From assembly GCA_965207995.1 (NCBI GenBank), contig OZ242299.1:1059533-1123532 (forward strand): DNA of 64,000 nt, given 5' to 3'. Under the pieces are notes generated by a model that saw only the letters and a program-made list of their open reading frames with translations, had not been told where the DNA came from and did not search any database. Both the position numbers and the translations under genes were made by a program. The stretch is from Dehalococcoidia bacterium (GTDB lineage Bacteria > Chloroflexota > Dehalococcoidia > SHYB01). Positions 62,048-64,000 of this stretch are shown here, piece after piece; the first letter of the stretch is position 1, and each line of letters starts with the position of its first letter.

Positions 62048-62968
62048 ATGCCGCTTCCTCCCGACCGATTCGACTACGTCCCCCTCACCGACCGGCCCGT
62101 CCTCAAATGGCCCGGCGGCGCTCGGGTGGCCTTTTGGATCGCCCCGAATGTCGAGCACTACGAGTACCTCCCGCCGCCCAGCGACATCCGCAACCCCTGG
62201 CCGCGCGTGCCGCACCCCGACGCCATGTCCTACGCCCTGCGCGACTACGGCAACCGGGTCGGAATCTGGCGCATGATCGAAGTGACGGACAAACACGACA
62301 TGCGCTGCACCGTCTCCCTCAACGAGGCCGTCCTCGAGCACTACCCCGAGATCCGCGACGCCATGGTCGAGCGCGACTGGGACTACATGACCCACGGCAT
62401 CTACAACACGCAATACATCACGACCTACGACGAAGAGCAGGAGCGCGAGTTCTACCGCGACTGCCGCGACACGCTCATGAAGCACACCGGCAAGCCCCTC
62501 AAGGGGATGCTCGGCCCGTCGCTCTCCACTACCGACCGCACCCCCGACCTCATGGCCGAGGCCGGCCTCACCTACCACACCGACTGGTTCCACGACGACC
62601 AGCCGTTCCCCCTCAAGGTGAAGTCGGGCAAGCTCATCTCGATGCCCTACTCCATCGAGCTGAACGACGCGCCCTACTTCAACGCGCGGTCGGCATGGGA
62701 AGCCGACGAGTTCGCCAGCATGTGCAAGCGGCAGTTCGACCGGCTCTACGCCGAAGGCGAGTCCAACGGCCGGGTGATGTGCATCGCCCTCCACCCCTTC
62801 CAGATCGGCCAGCCCCACCGCATCAAGTACCTCGACGACATCCTCTCCTACATCCTCTCCCATGAGGGCGTCTGGAAGACGACGGCCGACGAGATCACCG
62901 ACTACTACCTCGAGAACTACTACGACGACACCGTCGCCTTCATCGAAGAGCGGAAGGCGTCCCGCTAG
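62048..62968 (+). CDS. polysaccharide-deacetylase-fold protein, PuuE (allantoinase)-like, paralog 1
   Basis: KWPGGARVAFWIAPNVEHYEY...YGNRVGIWRM...HGIYN...CIALHPFQIGQPHRIKYLD is a typical PuuE-like pattern. Confidence 0.8.
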   Translation: MPLPPDRFDYVPLTDRPVLKWPGGARVAFWIAPNVEHYEYLPPPSDIRNPWPRVPHPDAMSYALRDYGNRVGIWRMIEVTDKHDMRCTVSLNEAVLEHYPEIRDAMVERDWDYMTHGIYNTQYITTYDEEQEREFYRDCRDTLMKHTGKPLKGMLGPSLSTTDRTPDLMAEAGLTYHTDWFHDDQPFPLKVKSGKLISMPYSIELNDAPYFNARSAWEADEFASMCKRQFDRLYAEGESNGRVMCIALHPFQIGQPHRIKYLDDILSYILSHEGVWKTTADEITDYYLENYYDDTVAFIEERKASR

Positions 62969-63001
62969 ATCGGCCCCCGCGCGGGGGAAGGAGTCAGGCC
63001 T

Positions 63002-63913
63002 ATGCCCGGCATGCGCAGACCAGGAATGGACAACGACTACTACGACTATTCGCCAATCTCCACGCGGAAACCGCTGGCATGGCCCGGCGGAGCGCGGGTC
63101 GCCCTCTGCGTCATCGTCGCCCTGGAGCACTACGAGTACCGGTTCGTCGACGGCGCATTCGTCCCCGCCGACGTGCCCGGCGGCGGCCTCGGACGGCGCC
63201 CCTTTCCCGACCTCGCCGCCTACTCCCACCGCGAGTACGGCAACCGCGTCGGCCTCTACCGCGTCCTTGAAGTCCTCGACAAGTACGGCATCAAGGCCAC
63301 CGCGGCCATCGACGCCACCATCGCGGAGCATTACCCCGACGTCGTCGCCGAATGCAAGAGCCGCGGCTACGAGTTCATCGGCCACGGCAAGGCCCTGACC
63401 AACATGATCACCAGCAACATGACCGAAGACGAGGAGCGGGCTTACGTCAAGAGCGCGCTGGACACCGTCGAAAGCGCCACCGGCTCCCGCCCCCGCGGTT
63501 GGTGGGGCGCCGAGTCCGGAGAGAGCACCAGGACGCCCGCCATTTTGGCCGAAGAGGGCATCAACTACGTCTGCGATTGGCCCAACGACGAGCAGCCCTA
63601 TCCGATGAAGGTCCCCAAGGGCGCCATGTACTCCCTGCCCACCATGATCGAGTTCGACGACGTCTACGCCCACTGGAACCGCCACGTGCCCCTTGAGCGG
63701 TGGGCGCGCATCGTCACCGAGGGCTTCGACGTCATGTACGCCGACGGGGCGGCCCAGCCCCGCCTGCTGGCCTGGACCATCCACCCCTGGCTCATCGGCC
63801 AGCCGTTCCGCATCCGCCACCTCGACAACATCCTCGGCCACATCCTGGGGCGGGCGGGAATCTGGCAGGCCACGGGCGGCGAGATCATCGACTGGTACGC
63901 CGGGAACGCATGA
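63002..63913 (+). CDS. polysaccharide-deacetylase-fold protein, PuuE-like, paralog 2
   Basis: AWPGGARVALCVIVALEHYEY...YGNRVGLYRV...WTIHPWLIGQPFRIRHLD. The exact start is ambiguous (ATG at 63002, 63011 or 63026). Confidence 0.8.
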   Translation: MPGMRRPGMDNDYYDYSPISTRKPLAWPGGARVALCVIVALEHYEYRFVDGAFVPADVPGGGLGRRPFPDLAAYSHREYGNRVGLYRVLEVLDKYGIKATAAIDATIAEHYPDVVAECKSRGYEFIGHGKALTNMITSNMTEDEERAYVKSALDTVESATGSRPRGWWGAESGESTRTPAILAEEGINYVCDWPNDEQPYPMKVPKGAMYSLPTMIEFDDVYAHWNRHVPLERWARIVTEGFDVMYADGAAQPRLLAWTIHPWLIGQPFRIRHLDNILGHILGRAGIWQATGGEIIDWYAGNA

Positions 63914-63948
63914 TTCGAATGGCATGAGGAAACCGCGAGGCCACGGTC

Positions 63949-64000
63949 GTGAGTAGCCAGTATCCGCACTTGATGTCGCCGTTGCGCATCGGCCCCGTCG
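63949..64000 (+). CDS. probable NADH:flavin oxidoreductase (Old Yellow Enzyme family), N-terminal 17 codons only
   Basis: GTG 63949 then SSQYPHLMSPLRIGPV, resembling the conserved OYE N-terminus (..LFSPL.IG...). It runs off the window. Confidence 0.4.
   Translation, partial: MSSQYPHLMSPLRIGPV

Noticed and set aside
1-64000. Defence systems, prophage, transposons or secondary-metabolite (NRPS/PKS/RiPP) clusters
   Set aside because: I scanned all supported ORFs. I recognised no nuclease, helicase, methylase-restriction, Cas, abortive-infection, integrase, transposase, capsid, terminase or megasynthase signature. The only accessory trace is the antitoxin fragment at 9373-9513.

Overview
High-GC (roughly two-thirds G+C by eye), densely packed bacterial chromosomal window. 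The left edge holds housekeeping genes: yebC (partial), rimM, a KH-domain gene and rpsP. About 60 kb of catabolic genes follows, with many paralogs: 7 family-III (CaiB/BaiF) CoA-transferases, 5 crotonase-fold proteins, a four-subunit (GDAB-order) 2-oxoacid:ferredoxin oxidoreductase, and an amidase with an AtzG/GatC-like mini-subunit. There is also a triple-RidA fusion, 3 isochorismatase-type cysteine hydrolases, 4 amidohydrolase_2 proteins, 2 PuuE-like deacetylases and 2 ICL/PEP-mutase-family lyases. A LeuCD-like dehydratase, esterases, an SDR, a class-III aminotransferase and an M24 peptidase/creatinase-like protein complete the enzymes. Transport is covered by 3 family-5 ABC substrate-binding lipoproteins, two permease pairs and one ATPase pair. 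Non-metabolic content: an MMPL transporter, a 4x fasciclin lipoprotein, tRNA-Arg(CCT), a MarR regulator and a roughly 740-bp repeat-rich intergenic region. A regulator at 50978-51904 carries the CarH-type B12 photoreceptor signature fused to a C-terminal XRE HTH. I saw no rRNA, CRISPR array, transposase, integrase, prophage or recognisable defence gene. Lipoprotein SBPs with long Pro/Thr tethers, the rpsP-KH-rimM synteny and the REP type suggest a monoderm high-GC lineage (Chloroflexota- or Actinomycetota-like), but that is only a guess. The most unusual items, in order:
- the B12-sensor/XRE regulator beside the fasciclin-MMPL operon;
- collagen-like (Gly-Pro-Ala)n tethers on two SBPs;
- a minimal PRTase fused to a GTP-cyclohydrolase-I-like domain with altered catalytic residues;
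- tandem CoA-transferase pairs in which one member lacks the catalytic Asp;
- a consensus promoter driving three 60-bp tandem repeats with no ORF.
All calls rest on reading the translations and sequence by eye. No searches were run, and many long opposite-strand ORFs in the track are GC-driven artefacts.
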